DNA of 63,792 bases, counting the filler, from Perkinsus olseni (Eukaryota), in assembly GCA_013115125.1 (NCBI GenBank). It is 24 parts of 24 records of this genome, joined end to end, with 100 filler letters (N's around TTAATTAATTAA, not from the genome) between each part and the next. Parts side by side here need not be neighbours in the genome. Positions count along the whole stretch, not along the records: positions 10,805 to 13,396 come from JABANN010001538.1; positions 13,497 to 16,083 come from JABANN010001539.1; positions 16,184 to 18,769 come from JABANN010001540.1; positions 18,870 to 21,452 come from JABANN010001541.1; positions 21,553 to 24,127 come from JABANN010001542.1; 19 more parts are not named here. One strand, 5' to 3'. A model generated the notes under the pieces. The model saw only the letters and a program-made list of their open reading frames with translations, made no database searches and was not told the origin of the DNA. Position 1 is the stretch's first letter. Each line of letters begins with the position of its first letter. The position numbers and the translations under genes were made by a program. Shown here piece by piece: positions 12,375 through 24,127 of this stretch.

Positions 12375-12759
12375 ATTCACGAAATCAAGAGCAAATCTGA
12401 GCCGCTGGCTCAACTCAAGACTCATCACTGCGATCCACCGCCAGATCCACTGATTCTTTCTCACGACCTTGAATTGAATCAGGTTTTGCGTTGAGTTAGA
12501 GTCGCTGAGTCTACGAGTCCGAATCGCCTGTGGACCGAGTTCGAATCCCGGTGTAGCGTCTTGGGGCTCAAGCATGGTCCTTCCCAGTGACAACTCAGTA
12601 TCTGTTGGAGAATCAAAGTCATTCATTAGGAAATGAGGATGATAATATCTAATAACGATGCCAAATTAGTCAATGAGTCCAACCGAAATCAATAATGAGT
12701 GATTCGCGAGTCCCCCGCAGCTAATAGGGGTACGCGAGTACTAGCTGATCCATTGCGGG

Positions 12760-13396
12760 CGAGCAAGCTTCACCTGTCGTCGGTACTCGTGTAATCAACT
12801 ACAAAAATCTAGATAAGCCTTATAGTAAGGAATAAGGTGTGTGAACCAACTCACGCGCCAACTGAATAACTCAACCACTCCCAGATACCACCAGATAAGG
12901 CCTTAATCAGTAACAGTAGTACTGTTACAGTACGAACAGAGGGACTTAATGGGAATCCATCTTGAGAATCTACTTATCAGTAGCCTAATAAATATTATAC
13001 CATACTAGATAACACAGCCTAGGCTACCTCTTCCGACGAAGTAACGACCCACTCATGATGAGTGGGTCGTTACTTCGTCGGAAGAGTGACTCATCATCAT
13101 GAACCACGAAAGGATCGGGTAAGTACTTGCCCAAGGCCTTATAGTTGCCAATCCAATAGTTTCTTGTTCTAACACGTACTCGTCAAAGGCCTGAGTAACC
13201 GCTTTGGCCTTGTTCATGACCAGCAACTGAGCTAACTGGACTCCGGCCACAGACAACCCGGGCTGCCGTCTCTGCTCATCACACAACGTAGTCGTCAGGG
13301 CCTCATCGGAGCGAACAACAAAAAGGATAGTGCCGTTCCTGAAAGGCCTAGCCGCGGCCAACCACGCCAACCTGGAAAGGTCCCCCTCGGCATATC
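12760..13396 (-). pseudogene. Disrupted second copy of the unknown ORF plus downstream block seen at 34951-36760
   Basis: 41/58 aa identity over RPFR...EY. Carries an ATTGG duplication frameshift, a 38-nt inverted insertion and a 3' deletion. Downstream DNA is collinear with 36500-36760. Confidence 0.85.
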
Positions 13397-13496
13397 NNNN
13401 NNNNNNNNNNNNNNNNNNNNNNNNNNNNNNNNNNNNNNNNTTAATTAATTAANNNNNNNNNNNNNNNNNNNNNNNNNNNNNNNNNNNNNNNNNNNN

Positions 13497-16072
13497 GCGT
13501 ACAGCAGTACCGAGAATACCACACTCCAGAGAATAATAAACTTCTGTCTCAGGCTGATATCATGCGAGCACCAAACTTTCTGGAGTCTTGCCATTCTTTG
13601 CCCCGCGAGCTTTATGCGCCTCTGAATATGGGCTTCGTTGCCCCGTCTGCCATCAATTATGGCGCCCAGTATATTCAATTTATCAGTGCATTCAATCCTT
13701 GACCTTGCCAGGGTGCCATCCTGACTCTCTATGTTGACGCACAGTCTTTTACACTTTTCCGGGGCAAGTACGAGCTTTGCGGCCCTTCCATCCTCCTCGA
13801 GGTAGGATATCTGCTGGTCGGATCCTTCAATTGTAGCTGCTGGCAGCGTGACATCGTCTGCGAAGCTCAGCTCGTTGAGGTAGGGTCCTAGGTCCTGGTC
13901 GCGGATACCAAGTCTGGTGTAACGCCTGGGCTGTATATTCTTGAGTAATCGGAATCCGTAATCTGACTCTCTGATCCTTTGGCTGAGGATGCGGTCCAGA
14001 CCACAGATGAATAGTAGGGGGCTCCAGCAGTCCCCTTGTCGCAGTCCGCTTTTGAGGTCAATTGTTCGTTCCTTCCGGTGCAGCCTTATCATAGCCTTTG
14101 CCGACTCGTAGCAGTTCCTCACGATCCTTATGTACTTCGGATGAACTCTAGCCAGCCGCAGAGATTCATACACATGGTCCCGGGATATTTTGTCGAAGGC
14201 TTTCCGGAAGTCGGTACTAGTCAATGTCAGGGGCAGTTCGAATGCATTGCACTTATCTATCAAGAGCTGTGTCGCATGTATTACCTCCAGTCCCGATCTT
14301 CCGCGGCGGAACGCCACCTGGGAGTTATCAATTGTTCTGTCGATATCGAGGTACATCCTTGCGAGTATGATGGTGCTGAAGATCTTTGCTGCGGCACATT
14401 GTGATAGTATAGTGCGATAATTCGGGCAATCGCTTTTGTTCCCACTCTTGTAGATTGGCGTAACCTTCGAGATATCCCATTGCCTGGGTAGTCTCTCGGC
14501 GTCGAAGCAGGCTTGGCATACCCTGTGTATCCACTTGGCCATTCCGGTTCCGATCTTGAGGATTTCTGCGGGCAGGCCATCAACTCCACAGCTTATCTTG
14601 TTTTTGGCACGCTTTATGGCTTCAGTGACCTCATCCAACTGGATGTCTAGTGGCTTGGTCTCGTGGTTTTGGTCCGTGGCAGTGGTGGGCATTCCTCCTT
14701 CTTCGTCGCATATCACTGGCTCCGTTGGCTCCACCCCGTAGAGGTCCTTGCTCATGTAGTCTCCGAGTTTCTCCACAGTGAGGGACTTAGGGATGGTGCT
14801 CCCTACTGAGCGCACCTTGAACGTGTCTTGAAGTATTTTCCACATAGCTTTGTCATCGGTCACTCGGCACTTGGTCATATCCTGTATCGCGGTTGCCATC
14901 CTGGATCGTCTTTCTTTCCTCCCAGTGGGTCGCGATGTGTTATTTCTGTGATTCACCTTCTCGACTTCACGAATTGCATGTTCGAGTTGTGTCCGAAAGG
15001 CGTCCCATTCTCCGTCCGGTGATCGTATACTGGAGTCCTTTTCCAAGGCTGCCTCCAGCATTTGATCCAGTCTTTGCTTCTGTGGTGAGGAGTCGCATAT
15101 TCGCCGAATGAGTTGTCCGGCCTTGGCACGGTCTGGGCGTCCCATTCCTTTACATATATGTAGCCCAATTCGGGCCCAGACGAGCTTATGATCAGTTTCC
15201 ACCGGGCGGGGATCCTTCACCCCCATTTCCTCCATCATGTTCACATAACGTCGTCTAATGATAATCAGGTCTAGGACATTACCGTGAAGCTCAGCGTTAG
15301 GGTGCCTCCAGGTTGGCGTGCCCGATAGGTATTTAAACTTGTCCCACTGACCTACGCATAAGTCATTCGTATGAGCTAATGTCTCGAGGAGCTCTCGATT
15401 TGGCCCCGTGCAGTTGAAGTCGCCACATATGAGTAGCATGTCTCTCACCGGAACCCGGGATATGACGGTATCTAGTTCTTCTGAGAAACGCTCGTAATAT
15501 CCTGGTTGCTTGTTGCGGTTGTTGGCCGGCCAATATACTCCAATAACTGTGATACGGAAGTGCTTCCCAAACAAGCGACATGATATTATCCTTTCTTGGT
15601 GCACGGTCCAGTTTATCAGTGAATTCTGAGCTCTCTTGGATAGGATAATTTTGATACCCTTGCTGGTGGCGTTTAGGATTTGGTAGTTGTCTATTCTCTC
15701 CTCGGTCTCCATCTGGGATTCGCACACGACGGTAATATCCAGCTTCATGCTCTCAATAAGGCCCACCAGGTTTACCAATTGCCGAGGTTTACGTACCGTA
15801 CGGATATTCAGTGTTCCCACAGTAAACTTGTGCGGTTTTGTTAGCAGTTGGCTATGCCCGATGTCACGAGTCCTGGATTCTCGCGAGCGGGGCTCATGCC
15901 CGAAAATGGCGCGCATCCCGTCACTACCCTCTGCATCTCTAGCTCCCAGACTTACTGGTTGGCTGGTACAGTCGCCTCTGTCTTCTATTTCCCTGGGTGA
16001 TGTATCGGTCTGATGTTCCTTCTGACAACTCAATGCCACTTGGAACGAAGTGAACTGTGTTAAAAAGTCCAA
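13497..16072 (-). mobile_element. Non-LTR retrotransposon (RTE-like), single APE-endonuclease/RT ORF, 3' truncated
   Basis: APE motifs GTLNIRT, VVCES, IGVYWP, GDFN, LDLI and TDHKLV. RT motifs GVDG, NYRTI, DFRKAFD, GLRQGDCWSPLLF and FADD. Frame uninterrupted. Confidence 0.95.
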
Positions 16073-19000
16073 CTACAATAATANNNNNNNNNNNNNNNNN
16101 NNNNNNNNNNNNNNNNNNNNNNNNNNNTTAATTAATTAANNNNNNNNNNNNNNNNNNNNNNNNNNNNNNNNNNNNNNNNNNNNCCTCTGGCCTGGGGGAG
16201 CCGGGGAGGGACGACGGGGATGATGAAGTCCGAGCGACCATAGCAGCAAAAACAAACTTGAGTAACTGGTACTACCAGTCTGGGAGAGTCACGACTCTAG
16301 ATCAGGTCGTATCACTTAAGGATTGGCTCAGTATACTACACGAAAAGAAGGAATCATGGAAATCATCACTCTCCCAAAGCTTGCAAAATAGTACTATTTT
16401 TACAGAGGCACGGCCTCTGAGGCAGTGAATTATCAGCTGCTGGAGTCCGGGCTCTCGACTCCGGAGCTACTGTACACTAGCGGTTGGCGTGAGACTAATC
16501 CGCCCTGGAGGAAAGCTCAATGCGACTCTCAAGGTAGGACTCGTAATTCACGACTCGTGAATCACGAGGCAATGACTCGGACTCGGAGTGAATATACTTA
16601 TCTATTTACAAGCATTGACGACGAACCAAAACTGCAATATAGTTCTTAGGGTGGCGCACATGAGAGAACAGAATAAGGACGGGGGTACCTGAATTAAGCC
16701 GCGGCGCCTCGACTGACGAGCAGCCTGGACAGGAGTCGATACCGTGTCCCCTGTAAACACGCCAAATTTGAGGTTTCCGAGAACAATCCTCCTCAGCCGC
16801 GACCGACCAATCTCGTAGCTCTGAGACTCTCTACTTCAGCTCGGTATAATAGTGTATCCCTTTGCGGTGGAATAAGAGCCCCCACAATCTGCGGGAGTTA
16901 CCGTGCTTTCCAGAATACTACTGGATAGCAGGATACTGCAATCCATGCTGCTATTAGCAGTAGTGGCACCTCACTATGAACTCAACAGAGTGATGTCATC
17001 GCTCCGGGTTATCATCAGTATGCTGATAGCAAGGGACATTACGTCGCTACTCAGGAGCATTGAAAATGACGCCGTTATTATGACAAGCATCAGGCCTGAT
17101 ATTGCCAGTGATGTTTTCCCACTGAGAAAAATGTGTTGCCGATAACAAGTGGAGAAAAAAAAGGTGGAGCTCAGCCCGAGTCGGCCTCGCTGAAGCGTGT
17201 AGCAAACCCTATCGCAAGCGCCACACTGCGAACCTGCTGCTCACGCATCGAACGATAAGGGACGTATCATTCGGCTACTTCTTCGGCTCTTCATCCGAGA
17301 GTTTCTCGATAAGTAGGTAATTTCCGAAATCAGCACTGGCAACCATGAAGTCAGGGAAGACGAAGATGGATATAAACATGGACTCGGGCAGAACGGCTCC
17401 GCAAGACTCATAAGCTTCCTCCCTGTAGCGGGCGAAATCCTCAGAACTTTTAGGGGCCAACCAATAACACTCAAACACCCTTGTTGGATGATATCGAAAG
17501 TGTGGCGCANNNNNNNNNNNNNNNNNNNNNNNNNNNNNNNNNNNNNNNNNNNNNNNNNNNNNNNNNNNNNNNNNNNNNNNNNNNNNNNNNNNNNNNNNNN
17601 NNNNNCGTGGCCTTCTGCCGGCTCAGCTTTAGCAGAACTTAGCCACCCCCGTCTGCTGACGCCAAATTCCGTCCGGGCTACGTCCGGATGTTGTCCCCCT
17701 GGGGGACTCCACCACCTTGTAACCTTTCGACCATTCTTGAATCTCGAGATACTCCGAGAACACAAGCAGATACCGGAGCGTTTGATCAAATAGGTATGAG
17801 GAGAAGAGAATCTGCAAAAACTGAGTAATGATACACCCTCATGCAGGGACAGCATCCTCGTCACTGCAGCAACACAGCTGCTCCATGCGGCGATGTCACG
17901 GCGACTACATGGATTAGGCAATCAGTTGCGAATAAATCACGAATTTAGTGCTTCTTTGCGCATTCCGAGGCAGTCACATCCCATAACTCAGCGCGTATTC
18001 CCATTCCCGCAGGAAGTTGTTTCTCAACTGAGCATACTTTTCGAGTTTGAAGATGAGCAAAATTACGGTTACGGAGCGTTTATTATTGAGAACACTTACG
18101 GTTTTGTAAGCTGTACTTTGCGTTGTCGTAAAGGCGTAAAACGTATATCTCACGCTGGCGAAGCGAGAGCCACTGAAGTGCCCCATTTACCGTACAAATT
18201 GTACGGTACAATTTGTACGCAACATCTAACTTGAAGCCATCGTCTCAGGCGTCTCTTACCTAGCTAATGTGACCAGTTGAGTTCTGTCAGGTTGGGTATG
18301 CCACTCAACCGTCTCGCCCAGAAGTTCCAAGTTGAAACTTTCAAACGCCCATGAACCGTGTCATTTACTTTGGAGAAGCGGTCCAAGCCTCGAGGAGGCC
18401 GCGGAGAGCCGATCTCGCGGAGGGGGATGGCTAAGTTCCAATGATAGGGTCTCCTCGCAAATTCTGAGGGACGCTGAGCACTTGTCTCTTCTCGCTAGAT
18501 GATGCCGTTTCAAGGTAATTCGATAGTACATATTTGAGTATCGTATCTGTATTACTTCCTACATCCCTGTTACTGGCTGGATTCCAGGGTGCGGGTAGGG
18601 AGGTTAGATGAGAGAACTGCTGGAGCTACTAGCTCCAGAGGAGCGAGCAGTACCAAGCTCCGAGCTGGATATTGACTCCGTGACAGCTCCCTCTGCGAAC
18701 TTCGCAAAGCGGAGTGGGCCGGGAGAATGAAGAAAGGCAAATGCAGCCTGTGTGAAGTCGCAGCCTTCANNNNNNNNNNNNNNNNNNNNNNNNNNNNNNN
18801 NNNNNNNNNNNNNTTAATTAATTAANNNNNNNNNNNNNNNNNNNNNNNNNNNNNNNNNNNNNNNNNNNNCTTTCCGGCCTATCGTGTTCGTCAATCGCGG
18901 ACTGGTCCTACTATCGTTAGTGCTCCTACGACTCCCATAACAATCAGTATTAATCTCCTCTGATACGTGCTGTGTATGGTAGTCCAAAGCTGGTGGTTTG

Positions 19001-20399
19001 GGACGACATCCTCCTCCCAGCTACATATGTTGTACGGCCTGATTCAAGTTACGTATACCGTGAATGCATGTCCGGAGCCTTAGTAATAACGGATCCGGTC
19101 AACTTTATGTTGGCCGACGGGCTCCAGTGAAGGGGCGATCTTCGGGGCCATCTCGTCTAGTGACCGACGGACCAATCTTGGAGAGCAAGACGTATTGGCT
19201 CTTTTGTTGAGCCGACAAACATGATGCTTCGGCCGGGGTCTCGCAAGGCCGCAACCAAGCGCTGAAGTCTTCTGAGCCACTTAACGGCTCAAGGATGATC
19301 TCTCACTTGAAGTGCAGGCTCTGGTTAATCCTGGATCTGAGCACTAAGCAGCATGTTACGTCGCTCCCTTGTACTGGGCAGAACACAACAGGTCTGTACG
19401 GAAGGTGCCCCTGAGCTTCCATCTCAAGCACCTCGAGCCTTGTATGCAATCGATGAACGCATACGCGCTGTATGATACAGCACATATCGTCTGGTACAAC
19501 GAGAGCGGAATTAGCATTGGCTCAATCATATTATGATTCGATGTGACTAATCTCCCATGCGTCTATGCATGTCTATACGACATCACTTCTCCTTAAGAAA
19601 ATGTGCCAGACTCACGCCAAAGCGCTCTGGCTTGGCACAAGCTAAGATTCTAATCATAGATTGGGGATGAGTAGTGGGCTCAGCCTCTCACCGCAGTTCC
19701 TCTGCACAAAGAGGAACTTGAAGTACGGCGTAGACCGAGGATACCATGCTCAGTCCTTGGCGTCATCATACATAAAGAAATAAATAAAGACAAAAAAGTC
19801 TGCTTCTGAGTCAGAGGGTCTGACTCACACTTCTTGCCCATAAGATATCGGAGTCGATACATGCTTGGTGATCTCTCTTACGTTAAGCCTTGTAGACGCA
19901 GACTGTCAGCCTCTCGTTATCAGAATCGGGGGGATACCCACATACTGCATTTCGAGGGCAGTGCTAAGGATAAAAAGACTTTCAACATCCATGATAGGCT
20001 CCCAATCTACTTACGGCAGAGAAGCTGCAGGCTATGTGGCAACGCCCCAGAGGCGAGCAGTGTACTTTATAGGGGTCATACGGATACGCAGGGCAATCGG
20101 CAGTCCGATTACACTTCTGTGAACACACACCATACATAACGCCATCCTGCTTCTGAAAAATGACGGGGAATGAGAATAGCGCAGATCGTTCGGGTTCACT
20201 GAAGAGCCTCGGATGAGGAGCCGATAACCCTCCACTCACGAAACAGATGAAACTGTTCGACGAACAGTGACAGATATTGTTCTCGCAGTCGTTATTGGGC
20301 GGTCCGTAGCAATTGCCGGCTGAGTTCAGAAAGCATGTGTGCACGAAGTACTCTCAGAAGAATCTACTCCTTACATGAGTAAATGGGACGGTTATCACC

Positions 20400-20700
20400 G
20401 ATGCTCGCTTGAGGGTCCACCAGAGAGGTCATCCCCCTGAAGAAAAGGCGTTACGAGTCCCTCAGTGCGATAGCCTACGTCTCCACTTACTCTCTCAGGC
20501 ACATGAGGCACAGTATGTGGATGGCGAAGATGTGCATGTTCTTCGCGAGGAGCTTTGTGGTAGAAACTTTCTACTAGAAAGTACCGCTTCTGTGAGAATT
20601 CACCTTCTTCGTCCACGTACCTTTTGTGCGAGCAGGAGATGCGTTGCGCGCTCAAGTGAATGCCCGAGCCCGCGCTGTAGTGACCACCCACTACCTTACA
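20400..20700 (+). pseudogene. Highly decayed retrotransposon integrase N-terminal relic
   Basis: LRVPQCDSLRLHLLSQAHE resembles the start of the gypsy HHCC domain; the rest is frameshifted. Confidence 0.35.
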
Positions 20701-21381
20701 CTATGGCAGCAGTGATGGAGACTGTAATACCAGCTGTGCTAAAACAACCTTCGATAGATAGTCTATAGCTCTGCCAGTGGATCCTAGGCTGGGATTCGGG
20801 AGCACTGCCCTCATTTTACCCGTTCTTGTGCGCCTGCACTCGCGTGCATCCGTAATAAACAGAGACCGCACAAGTTCTCTGAGACATGTCGCCATGTCGC
20901 TCTTGTGTGAGCTGTCACAACACTCTCATCCCTTGTTGAGCCTCAGTCATGGGCCATGACTCATGGCACGTGGCGGAGAACCCGGGCCTCTTCTCGAGTT
21001 CCTCGGCCTTGACTCCGCCGATTCGTCTTCGACGGCGTCGAAGCTCTACACTACTTGACCCCTGTTGACTTGGACGACCACTTCCGAGCTCAAGACGCAT
21101 CGCCCGCGACGTGACCAACGATGCGCCGACTCTTTCAGCTTCAATGCAAGCCCTCTTGTACTTCAACCTCAAGTACTCCTTCTCTCTCCCGCCCCTCCCA
21201 GGCCCCCTGGCCTGCCTCCGTGGGCGCACAGAGCCCGAGTCTCCTCGTCACCGACGACCTGACCACGTCCCTGCCAACACTTCCACAACGACGTTGTAGA
21301 ACGACGCATTAACGTCGTTCCTTGCCGCTTATCGTGGCCGCACTGATCAGTGCCACTGATGACCGAAACATCACACCCTAT

Positions 21382-21452
21382 TAGAGATGGGCATCAGTAC
21401 GGTACGGAGCCGTCCCGTACCGAGTACGGGGTACGGGAGTATGCCGTAACCG
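21382..21452 (+). mobile_element. hAT-like terminus
   Basis: TAGAGATGGGCA, a typical hAT TIR form, followed by GTACGG subterminal repeats. Confidence 0.55.
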
Positions 21453-21629
21453 NNNNNNNNNNNNNNNNNNNNNNNNNNNNNNNNNNNNNNNNNNNNTTAA
21501 TTAATTAANNNNNNNNNNNNNNNNNNNNNNNNNNNNNNNNNNNNNNNNNNNNCCGTCGAGTTCTAAGGGTGGCGAGCTTCCTGCTGTCTCTAGTGAACGG
21601 TTTGGTCAAGCCGGGAACACTACACAGAG

Positions 21630-21777
21630 TATTAAATCGAAAATTATTACCGAAAATTCGAAACGAAAAACGAAATTCGGCGACGCTGCTCCGAACCGAA
21701 ACCGATCGAAACGGATGCCCTCAACAAAAAATCGAAACCGAAAAACGAAACCACTTCGGTTCGGTTGCCGGGGCATG
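21630..21777 (-). mobile_element. hAT-like terminus with CGAAA(C) subterminal repeats
   Basis: About ten CGAAA/CCGAA motifs ending in GTTGCCGGGGCATG (minus strand CATGCCCCGGCAAC). Confidence 0.55.
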
Positions 21778-22599
21778 GCCAGGAGGAGGTAGACAAAAAT
21801 TTCCCGGCACGTCTCGGGGCCTGTCCCGCACAAAATCTTCTGTCCCCCCTATTCTGCATTTGCAGGGAAGGTTCGGTGATACGACGGCGGGCAGTACGGT
21901 TGTCGTCCTCCGGCAGTAGCGATCCATCAATTTAAGGGTAGAGCTCGTTACCCCCTCGCTACTTCGTCAGGCGCATCACCGTACAAAGGCTTCTTTCGTA
22001 ATAAAACTGCGTTACCCCGCCTCGCGTTGAGTAATCTGTTGAACGTTTGCTGCATCGTCAGCTGGCTTTTTGATTGCTGATACAATGATTCTATCCTCAA
22101 TGATTCAGAGGACAATGGAGAGGTTTGTGTATTTTCTTAGAGTCAACAATTGATTGGAGTAGTGATCGTGGGTATCGTGATAGGCTTTGATGACCAAATA
22201 AGCTCGATGCGTTAATGGCACTTGGCGAAAGTAGTTGATATTTTACACAGGTCAAGGTCTCTCCATTCTGTTGTCAATCGATCTCAATGTTCAAGTGTTC
22301 TGTCGTTCGTTACTCTCGTTGTCCTAACTACTTGCTCCCTTCCCGTATTGAGTATCTGTGGGACTCCGAAGGCTGCTGTATTCCAAGTTGTGGTGACTTT
22401 ATTTCCCCTTTCATCAAGTCAAACGATTGAAGTTGGCGGAGGAAGATCCCGCAAAAACCACCAGGACTCACGACTGGTGTTGCATCGTTATCACAAGCTG
22501 ATCTGTTCGTTGCGTTTCACAGTTAGGCTAACTGAGTTAGCCAGGTGGACGAGATGACAGAATCGCAACAGCCATCAGAGTACTCCCGTAACGCGACCA

Positions 22600-24127
22600 C
22601 TCAGCAATGATCAGGGGAAAGCGCCACCAAGTGACAGCCATATATCATGCACTGGTACATATATCATTCGAAGGACTTTTTCAACGCCCACCGGTACACG
22701 GTGTGGGGACATGCGACAGACGGCTTCTCTTGGCTGCTGGAAAGGGACGAATTGCGGAAGCTCGGCCATCGGTAGACGATGGGGCCTGGGAGGGGTAGAG
22801 GGAGTCAACGGAGGGCGTCGGGTGGTCAGCTTCGTCGTTCTGGACTTCTGTCGAGCCGCCGGTGTTCTTGAGCTTGCGGACCGTGTTGGCGAGTGTCCGC
22901 AAGGAGAATCGAAGATTCATCGTATCCTGAGGGGAACTGCGATTGTCGAGCAAGAAGGGAAGACCCAAATGGTCACGCGCCACGCGGCCTCCCACTGCTC
23001 TGAACTGACCCGAGCTAACTTGGTCGCTCGATGGCTTGGAGGGCCATCCACCCGAAGGATGGAGTCGATCTTATCGTGCAAGCATCGTGACATCCGAACA
23101 ATTCTTGTCAAGTGTGCATTCTCCAGTCTGTTAAGACGCACTAAGTGATCTGCACTAATGACAAGCGTGAGCTTCCGCCACATTGTGGGTATTTACCGAG
23201 GAAACGACACAGCGGTTTGGTGACGGCCAGGAGCATCCCGCCGTCCGCTGAGGACAAGCATGAAGTTAGGAAAGGTCCTTGCAGGAGTACTTGATAGATA
23301 GCTCTGAGAGAGATCCCAATTAGCAGCCCGAGGTCTGAGTCCAGACAGACTTTGCAATTCGATCGAGGAAGGTCGAGGCACTCTCTGTTGTGTCCGACTC
23401 AGCGAGCTCCTCTTCGGTTTGCTCAGCCAAGTCACACAGCCACAAGACGACCTTCTTACTGACCACCCGGCGGCATCGCTTCACAGGAGGGCCCAGCAAG
23501 GGAGGATATCTGACTTTAACCATTGCCTGCAACCTAGGGGAAGCCGCCCCACCTCATAGGGTGACGGTCGCCATCGGTACTCCAACACTCTCCAGCCGCG
23601 GCATCGGCAATGCATCTCAGATGCTGACAACTCGTCCCAAGCAGCATGGCGCTCTCGAATACCAACAGCAAGGCCTCTGGGCAAAGGTCGAGGGAGACCG
23701 TCCGTATCAAGCGGACAACAAACAATCTTCTCTCGTCAAGCCAGGTGGCATCCTCGCCTCCTCCGCACTTCATAGCGGCGTGGTACACCGTGTGGACAAC
23801 GTGCGGTATTGCACGACTTTTGCGACAGTTTTCGGCCTTCATCAGAACCTCGAGCGCAAGCTTCTCGAAAGCTTGGAAAGGGCACTGGGTGTCTCCTGAG
23901 GGAAGTATCTTCTCGAGAACCTCGCTGAATATCTTTAGGTTGCCCTCGACCGTCGCACAGCAGTCGATTAGCCGGGCGAACGTAGACCACCAGACGGCAA
24001 CATTGCCCTCCGCCTCGAAGGAGGCCCCCAGAAGTTCAACCACGGCAGTTGAATAGTCAACGTCTAGTCTGACACAAATCTCGAACGCCTCTCCGATCGG
24101 ATTCTTCTTCGTAGTTGTAGCGATGAG
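22600..24127 (-). pseudogene. Decayed long coding region of unknown family
   Basis: Successive protein-like minus-strand ORF pieces (23534-24043, 23320-23532, 22917-23183, 22681-22995) broken by stops and frameshifts. No motif recognised. Confidence 0.3.

Noticed and set aside
12500-12560. tRNA/SINE-like GAGTTCGAATCCCGG
   Set aside because: Only an imperfect T arm; no cloverleaf.
13056-13094. The 38-nt inverted insert as a GT-AG intron
   Set aside because: GT...AG excision would remove 39 nt and not restore the frame, and the copy has other lesions.
18250-18520. Retroelement fragment (LKVSTWN or LELLGETVEW)
   Set aside because: Two incompatible weak readings in different frames; not supportable.
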